Positions 1 to 9,279 of a stretch of DNA of 64,000 bases are shown here, piece after piece. Within the stretch, counting starts at the first letter, position 1. Each line of letters opens with the position of its first letter. This DNA is from an uncultured archaeon. GTDB taxonomy: Archaea; Altiarchaeota; Altiarchaeia; JAFGQM01. The DNA is taken from contig CAZQBY010000002.1 of assembly GCA_964592405.1 (NCBI GenBank), positions 58,353 to 122,352 of the forward strand, in the 5' to 3' direction. The notes beneath the pieces are model-generated. The model did no database searches. It was not told the origin of the DNA and saw nothing but the letters and a program-made list of their open reading frames with translations. A program made the position numbers and the translations under genes.

Positions 1-557
1 GCCCCGATTATGAGATTGCCCTCCCGATCAATAACATCCCCCCGCAGGCTTCCAACCGGTTGCAGGAAGGCAGTGAGGTTCTGACTACTGCTCAGGATCG
101 TCTCAAACTGCGAATAATAATCCTTGCCAGGAGTGTCCATCAGATCCAGTTTTAGGATTATGTTCCAGGTAGCAGGGGGGAGCTGAATCACCATCCTGCC
201 ATTCTCACCAACAAAGCGCAGTGTTGCCACCCGCTGCTGGCCGTTATCCAGATAAAGGCGTATATGTGCATTTGTTATCGGCTGGTAATTGGTTATGTCC
301 CTGAGGTTCAAGATCAATGGCACAAGCCCTCCCGTCTCTGTTTTTTCCTCCTCTGCTCCTGCTATTGGAAGAGCCATTGCTGGCCTTCTATCGCTCCCCT
401 TTCCTACAGCCATCTCACCAGCCAGTGCTTCCTCTACGGAGGGGGGTGTTATTGCCGCATCACCAGAAGCAAAAAGCTCCTCAAGCGACTGGTTTTCTGC
501 AGCAGTTAGAGATATAAGAAGCAGGACCAGAATTCCGGAAAATTTCAATGCATGCAT
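1..557 (-). CDS. Secreted protein with carboxypeptidase-regulatory-like beta domains (3' end lies outside the window)
   Basis: Absent from the ORF track because it has no in-window stop. My translation from ATG 557 gives MHALKFSGILVLLLISLTAA (signal peptide), then ...QPITNAHIRLYL...GSLRGDVIDREGNLIIG, open to the window edge. Confidence 0.7.
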   Translation of the reverse strand, partial: MHALKFSGILVLLLISLTAAENQSLEELFASGDAAITPPSVEEALAGEMAVGKGSDRRPAMALPIAGAEEEKTETGGLVPLILNLRDITNYQPITNAHIRLYLDNGQQRVATLRFVGENGRMVIQLPPATWNIILKLDLMDTPGKDYYSQFETILSSSQNLTAFLQPVGSLRGDVIDREGNLIIG

Positions 558-588
558 CTTTAAGTTATGAAAAACTCTAAATTAAAAT

Positions 589-1425
589 GTGGAAATTATA
601 CCCATAGCTGCGGATTCTCTCGGAGTTCGTTCGATGGCCACACTTGTGAAGACCAAAGATGCAAGTATAGCCATAGATCCGGATGCTGCCCTTGGACCGT
701 CTAGGTATGGACTTCCGCCCCATCAGAGAGAGCTGGACGCACTGGCATATTATACTGATCTGGCCCACAGGACGGCCGCTGAGTCTGATGTGATAGTTAT
801 ATCGCACTATCATTTTGATCACTTTGAAATCTGGGGGGAGCACTTCAGGGGGAAGACGCTCTATGTTAAATCCATCAGAACAAACATCAACAAATCCCAG
901 ACCATCCGTGGAGAGAAGTTCAGAAATGCAGTGTCTGGTATTGCCCATAGGATAATTGAGGCAGATGGACAGAAGTTCAAACAGGGAAACACGACAATAC
1001 ACTTTTCGCCTCCAGTCCCACACGGCCCTCCGGGAATACGGCTCGGTTTTGTCCTAATGACACTGGTGGATGATGGGGATATGCGCTTCATTCACACGTC
1101 AGATGTGCAAGGTCCTGTGGCCGATGAGACCGCTGATTGGATAATAACCCAGAAGCCGGATCTCATCTACATAGACGGCCCCCCGATACTATTTCTGGGA
1201 TGGAGGTTTTCCCACAAGAATCTAGAGCAGGCGAAGCAGAACTTCCAGAGGCTGCTGGATGAGACAAAAGCAGATATCATTCTGGACCACCACCTTCTGC
1301 GTAGCCTGGACTACAGAGAGGTTTTTCCGTTTTTTGATAACAACCGCGTCAGGACAGCAGCAGAGTATCTGGGGAAGGAGAACGCTATGTTGGAGGCGCG
1401 AAGAAAGGAATTGTGGAAATCCTAA
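589..1425 (+). CDS. Metallo-beta-lactamase-fold hydrolase (UPF0282-like)
   Basis: ADSLGVRSMAT, SHYHFDH, HTSDVQGP and LDHHLLR motifs; GTG start. Confidence 0.85.
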   Translation: MEIIPIAADSLGVRSMATLVKTKDASIAIDPDAALGPSRYGLPPHQRELDALAYYTDLAHRTAAESDVIVISHYHFDHFEIWGEHFRGKTLYVKSIRTNINKSQTIRGEKFRNAVSGIAHRIIEADGQKFKQGNTTIHFSPPVPHGPPGIRLGFVLMTLVDDGDMRFIHTSDVQGPVADETADWIITQKPDLIYIDGPPILFLGWRFSHKNLEQAKQNFQRLLDETKADIILDHHLLRSLDYREVFPFFDNNRVRTAAEYLGKENAMLEARRKELWKS

Positions 1426-2069
1426 ACCGGGCAGCTGGCCATTCTCATGAGTTCAATCTCGTCCCAGATGTGCCTTGCAGTGTCCATCTTGCTACAGACG
1501 CCCAGTTCCTTGACTGTATTCCTGTTGACCAGTATGGCTTCTGTTGTTTCTGAACCAAATGGGTTTTTTTCAATATCATTTGCAACCACCAGATCCACCT
1601 TTTTCTTCTTTAGGAATTCCTCAGCAACAATCCTCAGCTCATCCCTGCGCATACCATATTCGGCCTTGAATGCCGCTATAAAGAGCTGGGGGTGCATTCT
1701 CCTTGCCTCATCTATGAGCTTGGGAGTTGGTTCTAGCACGAGGTTTATGCATTTTCCACTCTTTATTTTGCCACAAACCTTTTTGGGGGAATAGTCAGAT
1801 ATGGCTGCACAGGATATCATGATGCTATACCTATGCTTCAGCTCACCCATGACGGCATCCACCATCTCGCGTGCAGTTTTGATCCTGATTTTCTTCACAT
1901 CTGGCAGCTTTATGTCCACCGGCCCGTGGACCAGAGTCACTTCATAGCCGCGCCTCCGAGCCTCCTCAGCCAGTGCGGCTCCCATCTTGCCGGAGCTGGC
2001 ATTGGTTATGAAGCGCACATCATCTATAGGCTCCTGTGTGGGGCCTGCTGTTATTAGGACTTTTGTCAT
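1422..2069 (-). CDS. coaB: Phosphopantothenate-cysteine ligase (stand-alone CoaB half)
   Basis: VLITAGPTQEPIDDVRFITNASSGKMG, AAISDY, FKAE and VVAND motifs. Confidence 0.92.
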   Translation of the reverse strand: MTKVLITAGPTQEPIDDVRFITNASSGKMGAALAEEARRRGYEVTLVHGPVDIKLPDVKKIRIKTAREMVDAVMGELKHRYSIMISCAAISDYSPKKVCGKIKSGKCINLVLEPTPKLIDEARRMHPQLFIAAFKAEYGMRRDELRIVAEEFLKKKKVDLVVANDIEKNPFGSETTEAILVNRNTVKELGVCSKMDTARHIWDEIELMRMASCPV

Positions 2070-2404
2070 TCTCGTGTTGATTCTACCAAGTGGGTTATGT
2101 GTATGTCCTGAAGAGGAATTTTCAAGGGACTTGAAAGACCGAAAAACTGCTGGCGCCTTCCAGTTTTATTGCCAGATTGGGCTATTGACATGTGTGTGAG
2201 GAAGAATTTGCCACCGCTTGCAAAGCCCAGGAAGCTGGCCTTTTGATGCACATGACCGCTAGTTCCGGCCTTTATGTGCGCTAAGAACATCTGGCCTTCC
2301 CGCAGGGAGCCCAATGAGACCATCCCTGATCTCCACTCTCGTCTGGATAATGAGAGACTGCTTATCTCCCGCTTTCTGAGGAGCGGAGGCACACGTCGTG
2401 GCAT
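2066..2404 (-). CDS. Orphan basic protein inserted between coaC and coaB
   Basis: 112 aa, co-oriented with both neighbours; its stop overlaps the coaB ATG (ATGA); N-terminus MPRRVPPLLRKR. Confidence 0.65.
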   Translation of the reverse strand: MPRRVPPLLRKREISSLSLSRREWRSGMVSLGSLREGQMFLAHIKAGTSGHVHQKASFLGFASGGKFFLTHMSIAQSGNKTGRRQQFFGLSSPLKIPLQDIHITHLVESTRE

Positions 2405-2427
2405 AGCAGTTAATTGGAGGCTCAGGA

Positions 2428-2994
2428 TTAAAAAAAGTTGAGAACAGCCTCAGCTACCCTTTCCCACTCCAGCTTCGCCTTGCCCTCCTCCTTTCTCGGC
2501 TCGACGAACCTGACGCCTGCTTTCTTGAGCTTCCCGATGTTCTCTTGGACAAAGGAGTTGTTCATCATTGAAGCGTGCATGGCAGGGGCAATGACCACAG
2601 GCATCCCGGAGCCCAAAGCGGTTGAAGCAAAGGTTGTTATCACTGAGTCGTCTATTCCATTTGCTATTTTAGATATTGTATTGGCAGTAGCGGGGCATAT
2701 CAACAGCAGGTCGCACCTGCCCTCCCACTTGCCGCAATGCTGGATATGCTCGCATGAGCCGGTGATGTCCGTGATGGTTTTTTTGCCAGTGATGCACTCC
2801 AGCGCCCATGGATGGATGATCTTCTGGCCGCTTTCGGACAAAACACAGATGACACCCGCCCCATGACGCATGAGCTCACGTGCCAGCTTGGGCGCCTCAA
2901 TGGCGGCGATGCTGCCACAGACGGCCAGGACTATGCGCTTGCCCTTGAGCCTCTTGGACTTGCTGCCGCAAACGGTCTCCTGATGCATCATCAC
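2428..2994 (-). CDS. coaC: Phosphopantothenoylcysteine decarboxylase (stand-alone CoaC flavoprotein half)
   Basis: KRIVLAVCGSIAA, PATANTISKIANGIDD and APAMHASM motifs. Confidence 0.92.
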   Translation of the reverse strand: MMMHQETVCGSKSKRLKGKRIVLAVCGSIAAIEAPKLARELMRHGAGVICVLSESGQKIIHPWALECITGKKTITDITGSCEHIQHCGKWEGRCDLLLICPATANTISKIANGIDDSVITTFASTALGSGMPVVIAPAMHASMMNNSFVQENIGKLKKAGVRFVEPRKEEGKAKLEWERVAEAVLNFF

Positions 2995-3045
2995 TGGTAA
3001 TTGAGGTTTCGTGTTTAAAACCTTTGAATTTCAAAATATTACAAA

Positions 3046-3546
3046 ATGCTCAGGAAAAGAGGTCCAAGTGGAGGGAGAAAGCTCCCTGGAGTTAGAGAGA
3101 TGGCGATGGGAATAGGTATAGAGAAGCATTATTATGACCCTTTTTCTGAAAGGGCTAGACAACAATGCTACAACTACGTCATCAATAATCTGCTAGGCCA
3201 ACAAGTACACAATTCTCTCAAAGCGCTCGGCATGGATCCGAACAAGCCTAATGAGTGGGAGCCTGATATCAAGAAGCTGTTGGGAAAAACTCGAGGGACT
3301 GCAAGAGTAAAGAGAATAGATGAGCTAAGAAAGCACATACACTCTGTGACAGCAGGATTGAAAAATGCCACTGACCACATTCTCTCTGAATGTCTGGAGC
3401 CCAACGGAAATCCAAAAAGCGATTTGCATGGGAGGGTACGACATAGGGCACTAAACACCATAACTGCAATGGGCCTTGCCCTAGTAGCTCTTAGAAAGAA
3501 ACTGGACAATGTAGAGAGTAGAGCTCGCAGAAGACGAAGACAGTGA
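3046..3546 (+). CDS. Orphan basic, mostly helical protein
   Basis: 166-aa ORF fills the coaC-DUF434 gap exactly; polybasic N-terminus and RARRRRRQ C-terminus. Confidence 0.7.
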   Translation: MLRKRGPSGGRKLPGVREMAMGIGIEKHYYDPFSERARQQCYNYVINNLLGQQVHNSLKALGMDPNKPNEWEPDIKKLLGKTRGTARVKRIDELRKHIHSVTAGLKNATDHILSECLEPNGNPKSDLHGRVRHRALNTITAMGLALVALRKKLDNVESRARRRRRQ

Positions 3547-4155
3547 TTATATCTCCCCTACCAAATCCACTACCCTGTCCACCTTTTCGATAATCGCCGT
3601 ATCACTGGTGGCCGTTATCCAGTTGAGTCTCTTTATCTCATAGTCCACGTTCGGGGCAGTCCTCGCATCGCCATCCACTCCCATTTCGTCCATCTTCCTG
3701 CGGACGAGAGCAGCCAGTTCGCCGCTCCTGGATACCTGCGAGTCAAAGATAAAGAGAACCTTCTTGGGTCCATGCTTCTTCAGGATGTTAAGTATTCCTT
3801 CAATGGCAGGCTCGGTGAACAACCCGGGTTTGTATCTGCCGGACAGCCCAAGTGAATCTCGATGGAGACCATCCTGTGCCTTGATTATGGGCCCTCTCCC
3901 AAGAGCGCACTCCGCTCCTATCAGGACATTGAAGCCGTCGATTACAAGCCTTCTTCCCCTTATCTTCTCGATGGGCCAGAGCCGCTTTCTGTGGTCTTTT
4001 ATCTCCTTTTCCGAATAGACACTTCTGACTATGATGTTACGCTGCTTTTTGCCAAGTCGGTAGTGGCCACAGACAAAGTTCAGGGCCGTCGAACGGCGGT
4101 AGCCCCTGTCAAGCAGATATCTGAAATCCTCAGAAGCCGCTTTTATTTTGTCCAT
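3547..4155 (-). CDS. DUF434 family protein
   Basis: YLLDRGY, LVIDGFNVLI, DGLHRD and FDSQVSRSGELA motifs. Confidence 0.88.
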   Translation of the reverse strand: MDKIKAASEDFRYLLDRGYRRSTALNFVCGHYRLGKKQRNIIVRSVYSEKEIKDHRKRLWPIEKIRGRRLVIDGFNVLIGAECALGRGPIIKAQDGLHRDSLGLSGRYKPGLFTEPAIEGILNILKKHGPKKVLFIFDSQVSRSGELAALVRRKMDEMGVDGDARTAPNVDYEIKRLNWITATSDTAIIEKVDRVVDLVGEI

Positions 4156-4177
4156 TACCTAATTTTATGAATGGATT

Positions 4178-5053
4178 ATGAAAACAGCCAGAGACGTGCT
4201 TCCACACTACTTTTCAATACTCAAAGGAGATGAGAGGGCAGGATATTTGGATGCGTGCATTGGAAAAAGGGCTTTGAAAGCCCATAAGATACTCGAGGAC
4301 TGTCATTTCTGTGAGCGCAGATGTGGAGTAGACAGGACAAGGGGCGAGAGAGGCTATTGTGGCGTCGGTAAAGCAGGAATAGCCTCCAGATTCCTGCATC
4401 ACGGCGAGGAGCCGGAGCTGGTCCCCTCATTCACCGTATTCTTCTCCGGATGCACCATGAAATGCCTCTACTGCCAGAACTGGGACATAAGCCAAAATCC
4501 AAAATCGGGAGTTTATGTGGAGCCGGAGCAACTGGCTGGAGAGATATCAACCATTGGCGCGCGCAATGTCAACTGGGTGGGTGGAGACCCCACCCCCAAT
4601 CTGTATTACATCCTTCAGGTGCTTGCCATATGTGAGCGCAGTATTCCACAAATATGGAATTCCAACATGTACTGTTCAAGGGAGGCGATGGAACTGTTGG
4701 ATGGAGTGATGGACGTCTATTTAACAGACTTCAAATACGGGAATGACACCTGCGCCAAGCGCCTTTCCGATGCCCCAAACTATCTTGAAATAGTAAAGAG
4801 AAATCATCTCCTTGCTTACAAGCAGGGGGACGTCCTAGTGCGGCACCTGGTCCTGCCGAACCACTTTGAGTGCTGCACCAAACCCATATTGCGATGGTTG
4901 TCAGAAAACCTACCAAATGCACGCATCAATATCATGGACCAGTATCGCCCGGAATGGCGCGCGCATGAGGTGCAGGAGCTCATGCACAAGCCGCTGCAGG
5001 AGTACAGGGATGCCGTCAAGCTTGGAACGGAACTCGAGCTGAACCTAGTGTGA
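4178..5053 (+). CDS. Radical SAM protein, PflX-like
   Basis: CHFCERRCGVDR, HHGEEPEL, CTMKCLYC and VRHLVLPNH motifs. Confidence 0.9.
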   Translation: MKTARDVLPHYFSILKGDERAGYLDACIGKRALKAHKILEDCHFCERRCGVDRTRGERGYCGVGKAGIASRFLHHGEEPELVPSFTVFFSGCTMKCLYCQNWDISQNPKSGVYVEPEQLAGEISTIGARNVNWVGGDPTPNLYYILQVLAICERSIPQIWNSNMYCSREAMELLDGVMDVYLTDFKYGNDTCAKRLSDAPNYLEIVKRNHLLAYKQGDVLVRHLVLPNHFECCTKPILRWLSENLPNARINIMDQYRPEWRAHEVQELMHKPLQEYRDAVKLGTELELNLV

Positions 5054-5068
5054 TTTATAACCCGCCCG
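5054..5068 (+). promoter_or_regulatory. TATA box (TTTATAA) plus GC-rich element upstream of cimA
   Basis: TTTATAA lies 28-34 nt before the ATG at 5088, with no Shine-Dalgarno sequence. Confidence 0.5.
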
Positions 5069-5087
5069 TTTCAAAATAAGCCTGAAT

Positions 5088-6551
5088 ATGCGCATAAACG
5101 TGCTGGACACCACACTGAGGGACGGGGAGCAGACGCCGGGCGTCTCGCTGAGCCCCGACGAGAAGCTGAAGATAGCCAAGGCGCTGGACGGGCTAGGCGT
5201 GGACTACATAGAGGCCGGCTCGGCTGCTACAAGCCAAGGAGAGGCGGAGAGCATAAAGCTGATATCGCAGGAGAAGCTGGACGCGAAGGTCCTGAGCTTC
5301 TCGCGCGTGATAGAAAAGGAGGTGGACCTGTGCTGTGCCTGTGGCGTTGATGGTCTCTTTCTGGTTGCCCCGACCAGTGAATCACATGTGAGATACAAAC
5401 TGGGCACAACACCTGAACAGTTCCTCAAGACCCTTGACAAAGTTATCCAACACTGTCGGGACTGCGGACTTTACATAGACCTGTGTTGTGAGGATGGATC
5501 AAGAACCGAATTATCCTATCTCAAAAGGATACTGGATACTGCCGGAGGGAGGATAGACCGTTTCACGATAGCAGATACTGTTGGTGCAGCGACGCCGGAG
5601 AAGATGGCGCGCTTCTTCAGAGAACTGTCAGAATATAAAAAACTCTCCTATGGGACCCACTGCCATGATGATCTGGGACTGGCTGTCGCAAACACCCTAG
5701 CATCCGTCCGGGCAGGAGCAGACACTGTGGATGTAACAATAAATGGCCTTGGTGAGCGTGCAGGCAACGCGCCGCTGGAAGAAGTCGTGGCCTCTCTGGA
5801 GTTGCTCTATGGCTATAAGACAGGAATAAAGACCGGCAGGATATATGAGGTATCCCGCTTGGTTGAGGATCTTACAGGGGTGGCAGTCCAGCCGAACAAG
5901 GCGCTGATCGGAAAGAACGCGTTCATGCACGAATCAGGGATACATGTGGACGGTCTGCTGAAACATCCGGAGACTTATGAGTTCGTCAAGCCCGAGTATG
6001 TCGGAAGACAGAAGGTTTTTCGCTTTGGTAAGCACGTGGGTGGAAAGGGTCTTAGGGCAATACTTGAGGACCTGAAGATAAGCGTCACCGAAGAGCAATT
6101 CAGGAAGATATTTGAGGAGATAAAGGCTATGGGCGACAAGGGAAAAACCATAACGGATGCAGATCTGAGTGCTATTGTACGCCAAGTCAAGGGAGAAAAA
6201 GAGAGCAGGTTCCTTGATGTAATAGACCTTAAGGTCCAATCCGGAAGCAGTATTACCCCACATGCCGTAGTGGTTGTCAGGATGGACAACAGGGAAATGA
6301 AAGAGGAGGCAGAGGGTGACGGGCCTGTTGATGCTGCCATAAATGCGATAATGAAGGTGGTTGGCAACAGGGATATAAAGCTGGAGGAGTATCATGTTGA
6401 TGCAATAACCGGCGGCACGGATGCCACTGTTTCTGTCAGGGTCAGGATGAAATCGGGAGAGAGAGTTACCACAGCCTCAGGCACGGACACCGATATAGTA
6501 ATGGCTTCGGTTCAGGCCATAGTAAATGGTATTAACCACCTGCTGGGTTAA
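5088..6551 (+). CDS. cimA: (R)-citramalate synthase / isopropylmalate synthase family
   Basis: [25 protein letters not shown] and a C-terminal regulatory domain; GSAATSQGE resembles archaeal CimA more than LeuA. Confidence 0.75.
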   Translation: MRINVLDTTLRDGEQTPGVSLSPDEKLKIAKALDGLGVDYIEAGSAATSQGEAESIKLISQEKLDAKVLSFSRVIEKEVDLCCACGVDGLFLVAPTSESHVRYKLGTTPEQFLKTLDKVIQHCRDCGLYIDLCCEDGSRTELSYLKRILDTAGGRIDRFTIADTVGAATPEKMARFFRELSEYKKLSYGTHCHDDLGLAVANTLASVRAGADTVDVTINGLGERAGNAPLEEVVASLELLYGYKTGIKTGRIYEVSRLVEDLTGVAVQPNKALIGKNAFMHESGIHVDGLLKHPETYEFVKPEYVGRQKVFRFGKHVGGKGLRAILEDLKISVTEEQFRKIFEEIKAMGDKGKTITDADLSAIVRQVKGEKESRFLDVIDLKVQSGSSITPHAVVVVRMDNREMKEEAEGDGPVDAAINAIMKVVGNRDIKLEEYHVDAITGGTDATVSVRVRMKSGERVTTASGTDTDIVMASVQAIVNGINHLLG

Positions 6552-6613
6552 TCCTCGGTTACCCGACTATTGCCCACAGCGCATATTTTTATAGAACTAG
6601 TCGTTAGTATGTC

Positions 6614-7021
6614 ATGCGGAAGCCTGAATTCATAGACATGAAGGGCCTGCTCTCGTTCCAGATAATGTGGATACTTAACAGGCAGAGCATGTGTGGGGAG
6701 GAGCTCATTGAGGCACTGGGAAAGATGAGATTTGACGCTCCAAGCCCGGGAACCCTTTATCCAGCCCTGAACAAGCTCAAACAAGAAGGCCTTGTGGAGT
6801 CCAAGCGTGACAACAAACGTGTGGTTTATACTCCCACACTAAAGGGCAGAAAGGATCTGGAACTGGCTGTAAGATACTTCAAGGCTGTTTATGGCGACAT
6901 ACTTGCAGGGAGGGGAAGCATAGGCTATGCTCCAGGGGAAGAAAAAATGCATTTGGCTGGAGCAGCCAAAGAGGGTATGGTTTTGCAAGATGAGGTGGAC
7001 GTAGATATAGACTATATATAA
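6614..7021 (+). CDS. PadR family transcriptional regulator
   Basis: PSPGTLYPALNKLKQEGLV...YTPTLKG winged-helix motif. Confidence 0.85.
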   Translation: MRKPEFIDMKGLLSFQIMWILNRQSMCGEELIEALGKMRFDAPSPGTLYPALNKLKQEGLVESKRDNKRVVYTPTLKGRKDLELAVRYFKAVYGDILAGRGSIGYAPGEEKMHLAGAAKEGMVLQDEVDVDIDYI

Positions 7022-7028
7022 CTGTAGA

Positions 7029-7145
7029 ATGAAAACAGACAAGATAATGTTTGCGGCAGGAGTTGCAGCAGGTGCGATGGTGGGCATTCTCCTCTACGAT
7101 GCCATTATTTATGATTTGCTAAGGAGTTTTATCTGTTCATTATGA
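7029..7145 (+). CDS. 38-aa single-pass membrane microprotein (below track cutoff)
   Basis: My translation: MKTDKIMFAAGVAAGAMVGILLYDAIIYDLLRSFICSL. Its stop overlaps the next ATG (ATGA at 7142-7145). Confidence 0.6.
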   Translation: MKTDKIMFAAGVAAGAMVGILLYDAIIYDLLRSFICSL

Positions 7146-7576
7146 CCATATACATAAACCCCAAAAAGTTCGTTGAGGGATTTGCTGTTGGAATACTGTG
7201 CTCACTTATAGCCCTGGGGGCCATTACCGTTATACCGTCAGCCGAGATAGAATGTCCGCCCAAGTGTGTTTCCAATAACACACGCGAGTTGATGCGGGGC
7301 TTGGACAACGCCAAGGTCGGACTGTTTGAATACACAAAGGTAATCTGCCTGGATGCCGGTGAGAGTATAGACGGAACAATGCTGAGCAGGATGGCAAAGA
7401 CAGGACCGGTAACCTTTGAGTGCCAGAGTGATATCTGCCATGGGGAAAATCCAAAATTACGTGTGCTGAACAGCACCATAAGAGGGGAAGAGTGGTCAAT
7501 GTTCAGGACTATTATAGCTTGTACCGGGGCAGCGAACGAGAACCGCTGCAAAATCCGGATAACGAATCCTGAATGA
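7142..7576 (+). CDS. Membrane-anchored or exported Cys-rich protein
   Basis: N-terminal hydrophobic helix followed by a small domain with seven Cys. Confidence 0.75.
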   Translation: MTIYINPKKFVEGFAVGILCSLIALGAITVIPSAEIECPPKCVSNNTRELMRGLDNAKVGLFEYTKVICLDAGESIDGTMLSRMAKTGPVTFECQSDICHGENPKLRVLNSTIRGEEWSMFRTIIACTGAANENRCKIRITNPE

Positions 7577-7579
7577 ATA

Positions 7580-7924
7580 ATGAAGATTAGGGCACCCAGA
7601 GATAGCCATGACATAGTCCTGCAGGGTATACTCAGAAGGAAGCGAGAGGAACAGCTCAAAAAGCAGGATGAACTCAGGCTCAAGAAAGCCGAAGAGGATC
7701 TGAGAAATCTGGATGTTGTGCACAAGGATTACTACATAGATATGGAAACAGAAGCCTGGCTCAAGAGCGCCGTGGAGTTTCTGTTTAAGGAGTTTCCAAA
7801 CCTGGATATCAAAACCAAGAGAGAGGTGGCAAGACAGCTTGTGGATCAGATCAGCATCACGGGCCCGCCAAGGGAGCCGATGAAGGTTGTAGTGAGGGAC
7901 ACTGTGAACAGGGTGATAGGGTAG
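7580..7924 (+). CDS. Orphan charged helical protein
   Basis: 114 aa; starts 3 nt after the previous stop; coiled-coil-like KREEQLKKQDELRLKKAEE. Confidence 0.7.
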   Translation: MKIRAPRDSHDIVLQGILRRKREEQLKKQDELRLKKAEEDLRNLDVVHKDYYIDMETEAWLKSAVEFLFKEFPNLDIKTKREVARQLVDQISITGPPREPMKVVVRDTVNRVIG

Positions 7925-7986
7925 CTGCCCGGGATAGCCTCCCACACCGGCTTTCCCAACCTCCGGCCAGTGGCAATCTAGGGCTA

Positions 7987-8014
7987 TTGCCTTAAGGGTC
8001 TTGCCTTAAGGGTC
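7987..8014. repeat. Perfect 14-bp tandem duplication (TTGCCTTAAGGGTC x2) with palindromic CCTTAAGG core
   Basis: Read directly at 7987-8000 and 8001-8014. Confidence 0.9.
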
Positions 8015-8097
8015 GGCCCATATCAATAGAATAACCCGCGTGTGCTGTTTGTAATCTTTTTCTTTTCATAACATCAAAATATACGACTGATTCTAAA

Positions 8098-8553
8098 ATG
8101 CCTTTCAAAAAATCCATTTTAGGTGGCACTTTTGACAATTTTCACTTGGGCCATGAGGAACTCCTGAGGGTTGCCTTTGATCTAAGTGATTTTGTTTTGA
8201 TCGGCATAACCAGTGACCAGTTTGCACAGAGATTCAGAACAGGAGAGGTTGAGCCGTTCAAGAAGAGGAGCGAGGTGCTGAAGCACTATTGTGAGCAGTT
8301 TGGGAAGGATTACAGGATAACAGAGATAAATGATTTTTATGGACCATCCACGACCGACCCAAACCTGATGGCAATATTTGTCAGCGAGGAGACTGCACTA
8401 CGGGCAAAGGAGATAAATGCTGTAAGACGGAAGAAAGGGCTGAAGGAACTAATGGTAGTACAAGTTCCGTTTGTACTGGCCCAGGATGGACAACCCATAA
8501 GCAGCGAGAGGATAAGGAAGGGAGAGATTGACAGGGATGGAAACCTAGCTTAG
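8098..8553 (+). CDS. coaD: Phosphopantetheine adenylyltransferase (archaeal type)
   Basis: GGTFDNFHLGH, VSEET and ISSERIRKGEID motifs. Confidence 0.92.
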   Translation: MPFKKSILGGTFDNFHLGHEELLRVAFDLSDFVLIGITSDQFAQRFRTGEVEPFKKRSEVLKHYCEQFGKDYRITEINDFYGPSTTDPNLMAIFVSEETALRAKEINAVRRKKGLKELMVVQVPFVLAQDGQPISSERIRKGEIDRDGNLA

Positions 8554-8554
8554 G

Positions 8555-9241
8555 ATGGAAAACGTGTATCGCATACTGGTATTCTCTGACATGCATGGCA
8601 ATCGGAGAGCAGTGGACATAGCAAGGACAATTCTGGAGAAGGATGGTTTCAACATGGTTGTCTATCTGGGAGACTTCTCAGAAAGAATTGGTGATGAAAA
8701 ATCCAACATAGAAGATGCAGAATATCTCATCGGCAGGCTGAGCGAAATGGCAAAGATTAAGACACTCTTTGGCAACTGCGATACACCCAAGCTTCAAAGG
8801 TTCTTGGAACATAAGGGCATATCCCTCCACAACAAACTCTTCTTCATACATAAGACTGCCCTGATAGGCTGGGGCGGGAGTCACCCAACACCCTTCCATA
8901 CTCCAAGCGAGTTCAGTGAGACCGAAATAGAAAAATCACTGGCAGAGCTTATGGATGAGGCTGCGAAGAGGGGAGCGGAAAGGCTCATATTATTCACCCA
9001 TGAGCCGCCTGCCAACACAAAGGCAGATGAACTGCCATCCGGTCATGTTGGAAGTGGAGCCATACGCCACATAATAGAAAAGTATCAGCCAAACCTGAAT
9101 GTCTGCGGCCACATACATGAGGCCAAATGTGTGGACCATGTGGGCGATACCAAGATTATCAATATCGGCCCTAGTTCAAAGGGCCATTTTCTGGCCGTGT
9201 CTGTGGACGGGACTGTTGAGACCGAGGAGATAAATATCTGA
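8555..9241 (+). CDS. Calcineurin-like metallophosphoesterase
   Basis: SDMHG, LGD, GNCD, THEPP and CGHIHE motifs. Confidence 0.9.
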   Translation: MENVYRILVFSDMHGNRRAVDIARTILEKDGFNMVVYLGDFSERIGDEKSNIEDAEYLIGRLSEMAKIKTLFGNCDTPKLQRFLEHKGISLHNKLFFIHKTALIGWGGSHPTPFHTPSEFSETEIEKSLAELMDEAAKRGAERLILFTHEPPANTKADELPSGHVGSGAIRHIIEKYQPNLNVCGHIHEAKCVDHVGDTKIINIGPSSKGHFLAVSVDGTVETEEINI

Positions 9242-9279
9242 GCAACTATTTTTTAATCCGGCCCGTAAATTATGGGAAG

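Noticed and set aside
7940-7975. Cobalamin riboswitch or RNase P-like words (GCCACTG...GGGAAAG) on the minus strand
   Set aside because: Only isolated words match; the other conserved regions are absent. Kept as an unassigned structured element.
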